Assembly: GCA_964252035.1 (NCBI GenBank)
Contig: OZ176205.1
Length of the DNA stretch: 64,000 nt
Source: Podarcis erhardii
Lineage: Eukaryota
Strand: one strand, 5' to 3'
This document shows positions 35,435 to 47,290 of this stretch, piece after piece. The notes beneath the pieces were generated by a model. That model was not told the origin of the DNA and ran no database searches. It saw nothing but the letters and a program-made list of their open reading frames with translations. The position numbers and the translations under genes were made by a program. The stretch's first letter is position 1. Each line of letters starts with the position of its first letter.

Positions 35435-35725
35435 TTCTTCGTTGAACTGACTGGGTCTTATTTTTGAGTAGGCATGCATAAGATTTCACTGTCAAGTGCA
35501 ATCTCATAGTATGACTAAAAAGGGTGCAGTTTAGTACTTTTGCAGTTCAAAAACATGTTTACTATATTCCAGTGTGTCTGTTCTGGGTGGGTGGGGGTGG
35601 AGAGTATTATGAAATCTGACTTATGACATGTAAGTAATTGTTGGAATGAACTCCTGCTTTTGTCAGTAATTAATAATAAGCGTACCTATTCCAAACCTGC
35701 TCATTAAACAAAACTTTCATTTTAG

Positions 35726-35876
35726 GCAGATGTCATTGTTGCTCCTCCTTATTGGAAACATGGACACGATCCATACACATTGCAATATGGAGGGTGTGGA
35801 GAAAAGGGAAAATACATACATTTCACCTCTGACTTCCTGGTAAATAATGATTCGATTGGAATCTATGGACCACATG
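35726..35876 (+). CDS. CLCA2: CLCA2 exon 3 (ADVIVAPP...DPYTLQYGGCGEKGKYIHFT...GPH)
   Basis: 151 nt, phase 0-1, conserved CLCA motif. Confidence 0.95.
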
Positions 35877-36758
35877 GTAAATCCTAAACAAATAATTATT
35901 ACCTTTCTTCTTCCGTTACCTTTTGTGTTTCAAAAAAGTACAATTTTAAAATCTCACATCTGCATCGTAATCAACAAAGAATATCTTTAATAATTAACAG
36001 TAACAGTGTCTTCATACGTGACTCTTTTTAGTTTTTAATAAACGCTTATCACACTGTAAAGTTTATATATATATATTTATACATACATTGCATACCATAT
36101 GCCATTGTGATAAATCCACCTATAGTTAACATTCAGTATAAACACAAGGGAACTGGTCCTTCCAAAAAAACTCATAACATTTTCAAAACAGAAATTAAGT
36201 ACTGGTTGTTGAATCTTGAAACCAGATGCCTCACATTTGAATTGGGACATAGAGTATCATATTACTACATATTACTTTTCAGATAATGGGGGGAAATAAT
36301 TGATTAAAAGCAGTGGTTTTTTAAAAAGGAAATTTATTAAATGGCATGCTCTGTTTGCTAGAGGAAATTTCAAATATTTTCCTAGCACCACAGCAATCGA
36401 GAGATAACACAATCTCTCGATTGCTGTGGTGCTAGGAAAATATTTGAAATTCTCCAAAATATTCTCTTGCGATAAAGGCGCTGACAAAGTTGGGAAGGTG
36501 TCAACTTCTGAAAATTGGCACAAACTGGTGCCATTGGCAGCCTTAAGACACTTGGACAGCTGCATTTCGTAAGCTGCAATAGGTATCCTAACTGGGCTGG
36601 GGCTGGGGGTTTCACTGCAATCGATAGCCAAGAAAAATGTCATTGGGGTTCCCTACAATGACCTACAATTTAAAGAGTGACTTTAAGGGTCTCAAGACCA
36701 GATTTGTGTTTGGTAAGCTTGCAGATTCAACTTTTGGGGGAGGCTCAACCAGTTAGGG

Positions 36759-36896
36759 CAGCCTTTCTCAACCTGTGGGTCCTCAGATGTTGTTGGACTA
36801 CAACTTCCATCATCCTTAGCTAGCAAGGCCAGAGCTCAGGGATGATGGGAGTTGTAGTCCAACATCATCTGGGGACCCACAGGTTGAGAACCGCTG
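36759..36896. mobile_element. Palindromic hAT MITE
   Basis: Near-complete hairpin; exact 8-bp TSD AGTTAGGG at 36751-36758 and 36897-36904. Confidence 0.88.
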
Positions 36897-37060
36897 AGTT
36901 AGGGTGTCAGTACAGGAACTTGAACTCTTCCTGTCTTACAAGTCAAGCACACAATCTCCTTTCCTGCAACACTACCTGCTCTGTAGCGTTTGCTTCTATG
37001 GGACTGTGTTAGATTACTAGCAAGTGTCGCAATGCAATTTCCGTGCTTTTATTTATACAG

Positions 37061-37169
37061 GCAGGCTTTTCGTCCATGAGTGGGCCCACCTTCGATGGGG
37101 GGTATTTGATGAATATGACAGTGAAAAGCCTTTCTACATATCAAGTCAAAACCAGGTGAAAGCCACCAG
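37061..37169 (+). CDS. CLCA2: CLCA2 exon 4 (HExxH zinc metalloprotease motif)
   Basis: [19 protein letters not shown]; 109 nt, phase 1-2. Confidence 0.96.
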
Positions 37170-37793
37170 GTAAAATTTGTGTATGTGCAGGTGTGTTCAA
37201 ACTAAACAACTCTGTATATAGTTTGCAAAAAACACTTTATCAATAATGTGCGGCATTTCAACACCTTCTATTACATGGAATTTTAAATAATATCTACAAT
37301 GCCAAAATAATAATGACATGTGCCATTCAGTATCTCAGCCAAACAGTTCGAATATTCCTGAATTAAGTTCATGAGAGCGATTCTCTCTGTATATACTTGT
37401 GATGGTGCGATCCTGACAACGAGATGCCTGGATTTCAATCTCTGTTTCGTGAATCTTCTTCTGGTCGGCCCAAAAAGGAACTCTGAATTGTACATAACGA
37501 GCTTGTAATAACTTCATTCAATACAAACCATAAACAAGGACCAAGAATTGTGCGCGTAAGACAACTCGCTTACATATAATGGCAATTCAATGCTCCACCA
37601 AATAAATCGCCTCTAACTGTGCTCTTTTTTGTAAAGACTGATGCAGCCGTAGCCACAGGTGTGCTTTTTTCAGAATAAAAATTACCTGCTTCATGTTTCT
37701 TTAAAAGTTTTAAACGTTTGTTTTCTTTTGCACTCACACTCCCTTGGGGAGCACAATATGTTCATGTCCCGATTGCCTTGTGCCTATTCCTAG

Positions 37794-37962
37794 GTGTTCT
37801 TCTGACCTAACGGGAATTTATGTCTGCGAGAAAGAATCCTGCACTGAAGGCAGCTGTGTCATTGACCAGGCAACAGGGCTCTTAAAAGAAGGGTGCACTT
37901 TTATACACGACAAGGAACAAAATGCATCATCCTCCATAATGTACATGCAAAGCTTATCTTCT
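37794..37962 (+). CDS. CLCA2: CLCA2 exon 5 (RCSSDLTG...SIMYMQSLSS)
   Basis: 169 nt, phase 2-0, GTAAGT donor; Cys-rich segment. Confidence 0.95.
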
Positions 37963-38149
37963 GTAAGTACAGTTCAAGAGAGATCGCACATGACGTTTCC
38001 TGTACTTCAGGGATGGGGAAACTGTGGCTGAACTGCATCTCCCACATCTCTGACCATTGGGCATGCTGGCTGGGGGTGGTTGGAGTCCAGCAGCATCTGA
38101 AGGATCAGTGGCTGAAGGTTGCATGTAGAAAAAGGGGCTTATATCTTCC

Positions 38150-38560
38150 CAGGTGTTTAGGTGATGTTCTTGAACGTATTGCTCATAAAGCCACTTCCGC
38201 ACTAAGAAGGAGGTGGGGTTGCAGGCTTCACGGCCTCTCCACACGCGCAGCGGCCCCGCGTGATTGGAGAGGATTCCTGGCTGCGTCACCCCCTAGCCGG
38301 CCAGTCAGCTGGCTTGGGGCTGGGGCCTGCCCTATAAAGGCAGGACGCAGCTGGGGATCTCCCTCTTTGCTGCCCGCCAGCTGTTCCTGCTTTTTCCCCA
38401 CCCTCCCACCCTATAAGGTTTTCTTTCTGACCTTGCTATGGACCTTGGTTGGTCGCCGTTGAGGGGCCTGGTAGGAATTTTTCCACTTGGCAAATTGGCA
38501 CCAGCCACTTGGTTTTCGCCTACGTCATAGCAAATCGTCACAACTTCCTGGGTATTCTGG
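38150..38560 (+). mobile_element. LTR-like/promoter-like GC-rich insert in CLCA2 intron 5
   Basis: GATTGG (CCAAT) upstream of CCTATAAAGG, followed by a pyrimidine-rich region; ends and family not resolved. Confidence 0.35.
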
Positions 38561-38714
38561 GTAATCTGTTTCTGTCATTCGCAATTGTTCGTTTCCAGAA
38601 GAAGATGGGATGGAAACAGCACTCTTGGAGCTGGAACCCTTTCTCTCTAAGCCCTTGTGTGTGTGGAATTTCTGTAGTTACTAATGGAGATGTTTTCTGC
38701 AAGTGTTTCACACA

Positions 38715-39222
38715 ATCATAGAATTGTAGAGATGGAAGGGACCCAAGGGTCATCTAGTCCAACGCCCTGTGATGCAGGAATCTCAACTAAAGCATCCCTA
38801 AACAATGGCCATCCAACCTTTGCTTAAAAACCTCCAAAGAAGGAGAGTCTAAACAGCACTCTCAGAGAACAACCTCCCGAGGGAGTCAGTCCCCCCATCA
38901 AACAGCTCTTACTGTCAGAAAGTTATTCCTAATGTTTGGTTGGAATTTCCTTCCTTGTAACTTGAAGCCATTGGTTCGAGTCCTACCCTCCAGAGCAGGA
39001 GAAAACAAGCTTGCTCCATCTTCTATGTCACAGCCCTTGAGATATCTGAAGATGGCAATCACATCTCCTCTCAGTCTCCTCTTTACCCAGGCTAAACATA
39101 CCCAGCTCCTTCAACCGTTCCTCATAAGGCTCAGTTTCCAGATCCTTGATTATCTTGGGTGCCCTCCTCTGTACACGTTCCAGCTTGTCAATATCCATCT
39201 TAAATTGTGGTGCCCAGAACTG
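38715..39222 (-). mobile_element. 5'-truncated CR1 LINE
   Basis: ATCATAGAAT tail, CR1 3' UTR and ORF2 end in antisense; stops 22 nt before exon 6. Confidence 0.85.
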
Positions 39223-39244
39223 TCTTGCTGTTTTCTGTTTTCAG

Positions 39245-39472
39245 GTGTTTGAATTCTGTGACTCAAGCAACCATAACGCTGAAGCTCTCAATGCCCAGAA
39301 CAGGATGTGCAGTTACAAGAGCACATGGGATGTCATAATGAGCTCTGTTGACTTTAAATCCGATATTCCTCTGACCAGCAACAACAGTCCTTTGCCCCCA
39401 ACCTTCTCACTTTTACAAGCGACAGACAGAGTGATCTGTTTAGTCTTGGATTTTTCCAGCAGCATGGATGAG
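39245..39472 (+). CDS. CLCA2: CLCA2 exon 6 (VFEFCD...start of VWA, VLDFSSSMDE)
   Basis: 228 nt, phase 0-0. Confidence 0.95.
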
Positions 39473-40019
39473 GTAAAGTCTTACTCTTTGAGGCAAAAAT
39501 GAACACCTGCTCTGAAACTGAAATTCTTTTGCTTTTGTTTTCAAAAATGCTATCGATTATAGAGTTTATTAAAGATCACCGACGTCAGGTAAGTGCCGGA
39601 GAATAAAAAAATAGTTGTTATTAAAAAAAATTTGTATTACAAAACAAACACAAACAGGGAAATGCACATCTATCGTCTCCACTTTCAATTCATGGTCTTT
39701 TTCACAGTTCATTTACGTTTAGTGAGAGATACTTTTGTCACAGACATCTTGTGGTTGGGGAGAGAGATGGGGCTATTGTTCTTCCATTCTATCCTAATCT
39801 CTAGCATTATCAAGAAGAAGAATAAACTTTTAATGATACCTCTTTCTCCACCCCCACCCCCCAAGACAGTCTTCTGTTTGGAGAACCACATGCAAATTTT
39901 CTGGTTGTAGGAGAATTCTTGAACAGGCAGTATACCCTGCCTGATATTGTTTCCGTGAAAACATGTTGCATTATTATTTGTGGGTGAATGAATAACAGGT
40001 GATATTTTACCTCCTACAG

Positions 40020-40247
40020 AACAATCGAATCATTCGGATGCATCAGGCAGTAGAAGTGTATCTACTGCAAATTGTGGAAGAGAACTCCTACGTTGGGATT
40101 GTCACATTCAGTGAAGGAGGAGAAGTAAAATCTCAGATCCGGCAAATAACGAGTGCTGATATACGGAAGCAGCTTGCCTCCGACTTGCCAGTTGCTTCAT
40201 ACGGCAACAGAGCAAATGTTTGCACGGGTGTACAGCTGGCGCTGCAG
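40020..40247 (+). CDS. CLCA2: CLCA2 exon 7 (VWA), ends at a GC donor
   Basis: 228 nt, CAG|GCGAGT; the boundary fits the homologous CLCA junction and the frame of exon 8. Confidence 0.9.
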
Positions 40248-41440
40248 GCGAGTCCTATTTATTATTGCCTCTCTTGCCGCATTTCGGCTCATAGGAACAT
40301 TTTTGGTTTTTGATGCAGGAACTGGAACTATTCTTGCGGGGCAATTGTGTAGTCACCCAGAGTTTTTGAACAGAACTTCCAAATGCAATTGAAAAGAAAA
40401 GACTTTGGAAAGGTCCTCTATCTAGCTAACAAGAGACAGCAAATCGGGATACAGAAGGAAAAATAGAAAACTTAAAAAGGAATAAAAATAAACCGAAATG
40501 AGTCCCACATTAAGTGTTCAGACTCATAATCCTTGTTTAAGTTGCAGTCTTTTATGCATGGAACTTAATAAGATGCACCTGGTCTTCATAGGACTTAATT
40601 TTGGGGTTGACATGCACTTCCATAAAAACACAGCAAGGGAGTAGACAGCATGCAAAATTGCAACAAAATAAATAAGAACATAGAAGATCTTGCTGGGTCA
40701 GGCCAGTGACTCATTTAATCCTGCATTCTGTTCTCACAGATGCCTGTGGGAGGCTTAGAAGCAGGGCTTGAGCAATAACAGCACAATAAAACCACCTGCA
40801 AAAACACACACAACAACATAGGTTGATGAGGGTGAAGTTCTGTACCTACAATAATAAATTGGCTCTCACTCAGCATCTGCTATGTCAGAAGTAGGTTGAT
40901 TTTAGGCTCAAAGATTTCCTCCCCTAAAAACTTGAGGTCTGGCACCCAGAGCCAGGGCAAAACAGTGGCTTGAGTCAATTGTGTCCTATTGTTAAATAAG
41001 TCTTATTTTGCAGATTAGGAATACTAAGACTGAGATAAATAAGTGATGGGCATAAGGCTAGACATGGCAGATATTATTATTATTATTATTTATTTATTTC
41101 ATAGTTATTTTTTAGATTTGCTTCCTCCCTTGCTCCCATTGCTGATGTCCTCAACATTTATAAATTCCACAAAACTCTTATTATTTAACAATTAAACAAT
41201 TCCACAAAACCCTTACTATTTAACAATTAAAACCATCAAAGAAATGGATGCTTTTCATTGCCTTATTTTTCTCAAAAGTTGTCAGTATACAAATCTTTGG
41301 AAATACATGACTTTAGTCCTGTGGATATGAATCACAGCAATATAGTGAAGTATTAAGGAGTCTCTTAACTTGTGACATTTTCTTTGCCAAGATAATTTAC
41401 CGAGTGTCCTTCATATTCATGGTTAATTATTTGCTTCCAG

Positions 41441-41618
41441 GTAATTAAAAAACATGATGAAAGTGTTTCTGGTTCTGAAATCATCTTATTGACCAGTGGA
41501 GACAACAGTTCACTCAGCAAGTGTTTCTCTGATGTCATTGACGCTGGCTTAATTGTTCATACCATCGCTCTGGGGCATTCTGCATCCCAAGAACTGGAAC
41601 AACTGGGCAAAATGACAG
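41441..41618 (+). CDS. CLCA2: CLCA2 exon 8 (VIKK...IILLTSGD...GKMT)
   Basis: 178 nt, phase 0-1; the TSG motif is CLCA2-type rather than TDG. Confidence 0.95.
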
Positions 41619-41814
41619 GTAAGACTGTCTGTTTTAACAATAGCAAACACCCTTTGTGGTTTTTGCTCATAAAACAAACAAGAATATTTCAAAGGAAAAT
41701 TCAGTGTGAGCCAACGTCTGGACAGCTCCATTAATCTCTGAAATAATAACCTTGTCAAATGAAGTTAATTTTTTATTCACCTTTTAAGATTTCCCCTTGT
41801 ACTCTCTTTTTCAG

Positions 41815-41921
41815 GGGGGCTGAGTTTTTTTGTCACTGATAGACAAGATTCAACTGGTCTAATAGACGTCTTCAGTGCCATTGTAGCAAGTGATGGAGAT
41901 ACCAGCCACCAGCCTGTTCAG
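41815..41921 (+). CDS. CLCA2: CLCA2 exon 9 (GGLSFFVTD...PVQ)
   Basis: 107 nt, phase 1-0. Confidence 0.93.
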
Positions 41922-42610
41922 GTCTGTTCATGTAGATACTGTATATCTTGCTATAAGGAAGGCTGTTTTACATAATAAGGCGAATACATTTTAATAGGAG
42001 GCATGGAGAAAGCATTTATGGAGCCAACACATTCATAATCTGTTATTTTAGAGCATTATTTTAGTTTGATAAAATAGAACGGGTGCCCCTTATATCTCAT
42101 ACTGCAGCTCTAGACTTTTATCTCAAATTTTGTATTATTTGAATTTGATATGACTGCTTGGACAACAATTAGTCAATTGAGGGCATATTGGGAAGAAGGA
42201 AGTTTCTTTGCGATAACCATCTTTTCCAGGCCCGCCAATCCAAAGGTACCTTCTACTTGAAGCATAAAAAACTACTTTAAGCATAGAAAACACAATGAAA
42301 GCATTCCAGAGTCACACCCACTGCTCTAAAAGGGTTACACCTCCCTTTCCTCTCAGTTCACTAATTTCCCATCCCACTGTCCTGACCAGCTCCTTTCCCA
42401 GAACCAGATATTCGTGTTTTTTAAAAAACCAAACAAACTGTGGTGACATGTTTAATTTGGCCCTTTGTCATTCCTGTCCGGAATGTGCAAATCTTACAAC
42501 TTACCTTAATAGCTCAATTTACTTAGTTATCAACTTAATTATGTACATACTTGCTCTGCTTGTTGATGCAGCCCATGGCAAGTTATAAAAAGGCCTATAG
42601 GTACCAAAAG

Positions 42611-42953
42611 AAGGTAGCAGGTAAGGACCCCTGGGCAGTGAAGCCCAGTCAAACTTGACTATGGGGTTGCGGTGCTCATCTCGCTTCAGGCCGAGATGGC
42701 AGACAGCTTTTCTGGGTCATGGGGCCTGGCTAAACTGCTTCTGGTGCAACAGAACGCTGTGACGGAAACCAGGATGCAAAGAAACACCATTTACCTATCT
42801 ACTCACACTGGCGTGCTTTTGAACTGCTAGGTTGGCAGGAGCTGGGGCAGAGCAACAAGAACTCACTCCATTGTGTGGGATTCGAACCGCCAACCTTCTG
42901 ATCAGCAAGACCAAGAGGCTCAGTGGTTTAGACCACAGCACCACCCACATCCC
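42611..42953 (-). mobile_element. Sauria-type SINE (left member of a head-to-head pair)
   Basis: Reverse-complement SINE body, head ending CCACCCACATCCC. Confidence 0.85.
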
Positions 42954-42962
42954 TATAAAAGG

Positions 42963-43287
42963 AACCAAGAGCCTAGGGCTTGCCGATCAGAAGGTTGGCA
43001 GTTCGAATCCCCGTGATGGGGTGAGCCCCCATTGCTTGGTCCCTGCTCCTGCCAACCTAGCAGTTTGAAAGTACATCAAAGTGCAAGTAGATAAATAGGT
43101 ACCACTCTGGCAGGAAGGTAAATGGCGTTTCCGTGCACTGCTCTGGTTTGCCAGAAGCGGCTTAGTCATGCTGGCCACATGACCTGGAAGCTGTACGCCG
43201 GCTCCCTCGGCCAATAAAGCAAGATGAGCACCACAACCCCAGAGTTGTCCACGACTGGACCTAATGATCAGGGGTCCCTTTACCTTT
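42963..43287 (+). mobile_element. Sauria-type SINE (right member, head slightly truncated)
   Basis: GAGCCTAGGGCTTGCCGATCAG...CCCTTTACCTTT. Confidence 0.88.
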
Positions 43288-43727
43288 AAGCACAGGGAAG
43301 AATAACAATCAAGGCTGTAATCCTGAACACAAGTATGAATCTTCCATTCCATTGAAATCCATGAATTGCAGCCTAAGGTTTGAAGTGCTGTTTTGTGATG
43401 TGTGCTGTCTTCTTTTGGGGGTGGGCTGGGGAGGTAGAATCCAGAAGGAACTTAACTGCTTACTCGCTCTGCAATTGCCATAGTACTCATCTGCCAGAGT
43501 GAGCAAAGAAAGTATTTTTGGAGCATGGCTGTGGCTGAAAAGGTGTGGATTTCGTTTTGGGAGATTTCTGTGCCCCTATCTGGCTTTGTTAATTTGTTTT
43601 AATTGCTTGTCACCCGTAGTGTTTTTAAATGCGATAAAGGATCATTACGATGTCAATGTGTGCCAAATTGAATATTTCAACTGGGGCTTATTTTAAATTG
43701 CTACATGACAAAAGAGGATATGTTAAG

Positions 43728-43863
43728 CAGGCATGGCCAGTCTTGGCCCTCCAGATGTTTTGGGACTACAACTCCCATCATCCCTAGCTAACAGGACCAG
43801 TAGTCAGGGATGATGGGAATTGTAGTCCCAAAACATCTGGAGGGCCAAGTTTGGCCATGCCTG
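43728..43863. mobile_element. Palindromic hAT-type MITE
   Basis: CAGGCATGGCCA...TGGCCATGCCTG with long complementary arms. Confidence 0.8.
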
Positions 43864-43904
43864 TGTCAAAGCAAATGGGAAGTTATTATTCTGGTTTTGT
43901 ACAG

Positions 43905-44126
43905 ATTGAAAGCACGGCTGAAAGGGTGAAGGGCAATGGTCAGATTGAAAGGTCGACGATTATTGACAGCACAATAGGAAACGACACATTTTTCGTAGTG
44001 ACGTGGCTGGCAAAGGAGCCCAGTATCGTTCTTCGTGGCCCTAGAGGAAAACACTTTACAAATGGGGAATTTGATGTCGATCCACTTTTCCGCACAGCTC
44101 GCCTGCAGATTCCGGGGATTGCTGAG
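43905..44126 (+). CDS. CLCA2: CLCA2 exon 10 (IESTA...DSTIGNDTFFVVTW...IPGIAE)
   Basis: 222 nt, phase 0-0. Confidence 0.95.
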
Positions 44127-44715
44127 GTAACAGTGAATTGTCCTTCAGTTGTTTCTATCGGGGACTTGCCTTTGGATTGAAAAGGAATACGAATCAATCT
44201 GGCTAACATGTTTCATAAATACACACTCACACCCCGCTCACACACGAAAACAATTCTCACTACAGCCAACCAAAGACAACCAACCACACCTTAAGCCACA
44301 CCCAACTTTTCTCACCACCAAGGAAATACGTCAAGTGAATAGGAAGAGAACCCACACAAGTAACACTGACACAATCCCTCACACACACTAAGTAGAATGA
44401 TAGAAGCATAACCACCTGACCCCACGCCACTCGCCACACACCCTTCTCCCCCCCTTTCCCCTTTCCTTTTCCCTCCCTTCTTCTTTTTAATTGTTTAAAC
44501 CAATTCGTGAACCAAGAACTTATACACTGACCACTAATAATGAAACATCTGTTCTAGATATTTCCCCACATATATTATGCTATTTTTGTGATATACAAGT
44601 GGCATGAGAAAACTTGGTGTACTTATTTCTACAGCATTATTCTTGTTTATAAAACCCAATAAAAAAAATCTATTTAGGCTGAACACTTTTGAGCATATAT
44701 AAATTTGTTTTTCAG

Positions 44716-44986
44716 GCTGGGGATTGGACATACTTACTCACTAACTCTCATGGGCTCCCTGAAGTCCTCACAATGACCGTGACTTCGCGAGCCGTAAAGT
44801 CTGATGTATCTACCATCACCGTGAGAACCCACACGAATAAAGATACAAACGCCTACCCAAGTCCAATGATTGTGTACGCACAGGTTAATCAAGGCTTCTC
44901 TCCCATTCTTGGTGCAAATGTGACTGCCATTATTGAGCCAGAGAGTGGAGATCCAGTTATCTTGGACCTTTTTGACAATGGTGCAG
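44716..44986 (+). CDS. CLCA2: CLCA2 exon 11 (AGDWTY...LFDNGA)
   Basis: 271 nt, phase 0-1. Confidence 0.95.
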
Positions 44987-45541
44987 GTAACATATGTATT
45001 TATAAGTTTATTTTTTTAGTTATAGCTGATGAATGGATCAATCTGCTTCAGGTCAGATTCCTGTCCTGTTTGCACATCAATTTATTTATTTTTTGAAAAA
45101 TCCACAGGTAAAATGTGTGTTTAAGTTGGAAAATGTGTATTTTATTGCCAAAAAAATGTACTTTATCCTAAAACACATATTTTAAACACATTTGGGTAAG
45201 GTTTTTGACTGAGAATTGCACTGGAAAATTTGGAGAAGTCCAAATATGAATGACAGTTATAAGTCCAGAAGGTATAAAGGGAAAATCAATTGTATATGAG
45301 TTGAATGGCAATGGAATACTATGGAGTATGAAGTAAGAAATGTGTCCCATAAGGCTTGCCGTCAAGTAAATATGTATAGAATTGCAGGCTTAGTGGTACT
45401 TTTCACCATTACTTAAACAATATTATATGTTAGGGAATTTTTTGTGGGGTGGCAGAAACTGGCTGATTCAAGCACAGACTAAGAGGATTTTTCCAAAGCA
45501 GATTAAACACTTTTTGTGTTTGTATTCCCTCGCTGCTGCAG

Positions 45542-45712
45542 GTGCAGATACGATAAAAAATGATGGTGTGTATTCTAAATACCTCTTTTCTTTCGCGAGA
45601 AACGGAAGATATAGCTTGAAAGTCCGCGTCCAGAGGGACAGCCAGACAATTAGCCCATACCCTGCAACGCTCTGGAGCCCTGCAATGTATATTCCTGGTT
45701 ACATAACAAATG
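45542..45712 (+). CDS. CLCA2: CLCA2 exon 12 (GADTIKNDGVYS...AMYIPGYITN; self-cleavage region)
   Basis: 171 nt, phase 1-1. Confidence 0.95.
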
Positions 45713-46359
45713 GTAAGGCTTTGGGATTTGGGATATCAGTCGTCAAGCCATGCTCTTGAGCACTTGTTTGCCTCCATGGACTTGAACAGAAGGTGTTCTC
45801 AGTGTATTACATTTTCAGCGAGAAGAAGCACTACTTTGCACAAGCACCGCTATGGAAATATTTAGGGAGACAACTATGTCATGGCCACAGGCTGGCTCTT
45901 TGAATTCTCTTCATAATCATGTGGAAAACTCTCACCAGGCTGTATTGGCTGTACTTCATGGAAAGCTAAACCTAGTTTAAAAAAAACTCGTCGACACGCA
46001 GATCCAAGCAGTATACATGAATGGTCCATTGGGATGAAATATTTCTAGATGCATACATCCTAGAAACATTCAGCCTCTGTAGTGTGTTTTGTAGCTTCAT
46101 CGTGCTGAGCTCTCCTTTTTGCCCAACCCAGTTATCCTCTCTGAAGGATGCTGAAGCCTGTTAAGGTCTCAGACAGGATATTTTTCTTTCCTTCCACTTC
46201 TCTCCCCCCCCCCCCCAATTTGGCACCCTCAGCATTCTGTGGCCAAATCGCCCCCATCATTCTGTAGAGGTCATTGGGCATAGGTCCTTCTTTCAGGACT
46301 TTGGTTTCTAGCAGCTTTTAAAATAAAAATAAAAATTGCAAACACATATATTGTTACAT

Positions 46360-46712
46360 GAAGGGACGCGGGTGGCGCTGTGGGTTAAACCACAGAGCCT
46401 AGGACTTGCCGATCAGAAGGTTAGCGGTTTGAATCCCAGCGACGGGGTGAGCTCCCGTTGCTCAGTCCCAGCTCCTGCCAACCTAGCAGTTCGAAAGCAC
46501 ATCAAAGTAAAAGTAGATAAATAGGTACCGCTCTGGCGGGAAGGTAAACGGCGTTTCTGTGCTCTGCTCTGGTTCACCCGAAGCGGCTTAGTCATGCTGG
46601 CCACATGACCCGGAAGCTGTACGCCGGCTCTCTCGGCCAATAAAGCGAGATGAGCGCCGCAACCCCAGAGTCGGTCACGACTGGACCTAATGGTCAGGGG
46701 TCCTTTACCTTT
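46360..46712 (+). mobile_element. Full-length Sauria/Squam1-type SINE
   Basis: 13-bp TSD TATATTGTTACAT at 46347-46359 and 46713-46725. Confidence 0.93.
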
Positions 46713-47290
46713 TATATTGTTACATACTTGGTGAGTCTCCATAATATGAAGAAGCCCATACCTTCTGTGTTGGGGTAGCCCCATTTTGCTTCTAAGCTGA
46801 TAGGCATCAGATGAACCAAACTCAGTATTAGAAGGAATGGAGATGATTATTGTTGCTACTGGCTAGCAAGGGCTTTCCAGGGATAGAGCCACGGGCATCA
46901 CAATGGCTAACCTGGCTGGGGCAGGGTAGCAGCAAGGTCAGGATTGTGTGGTTACATCAGAGGGACCATCAGTGGCCCTCTGAACCAATCCAGCACTCTC
47001 CTCTATTGCAGCCACGAGGTCTCAGACTCACTCCAGCCCTGCAGCAGCAAAACCAGTGCTCTAACCCACCATGTATCATGTTACTGGGCATCCCCAAAGC
47101 TGTTACCTTAGACGGAACCTGGGTGTTTCTCCATGGAAAACACGGGTTCTACCAATGAGATAGGGACCCATTGCTGTCAGGTTGTTTATTTCCTTTCTGG
47201 CCTACTTGCCCCAAAGTCCATTAGTTGCTAGTTCATTGGAAGCATGCTCAGCTGGTCTTTTGTGTATTTGTTTATGTTTGTGTGGCATAG

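Noticed and set aside
37283-37517. Minus-strand ORFs in CLCA2 intron 4 as a viral or transposase fragment
   Set aside because: Short, with no motif I recognise; cannot be supported without a database search.
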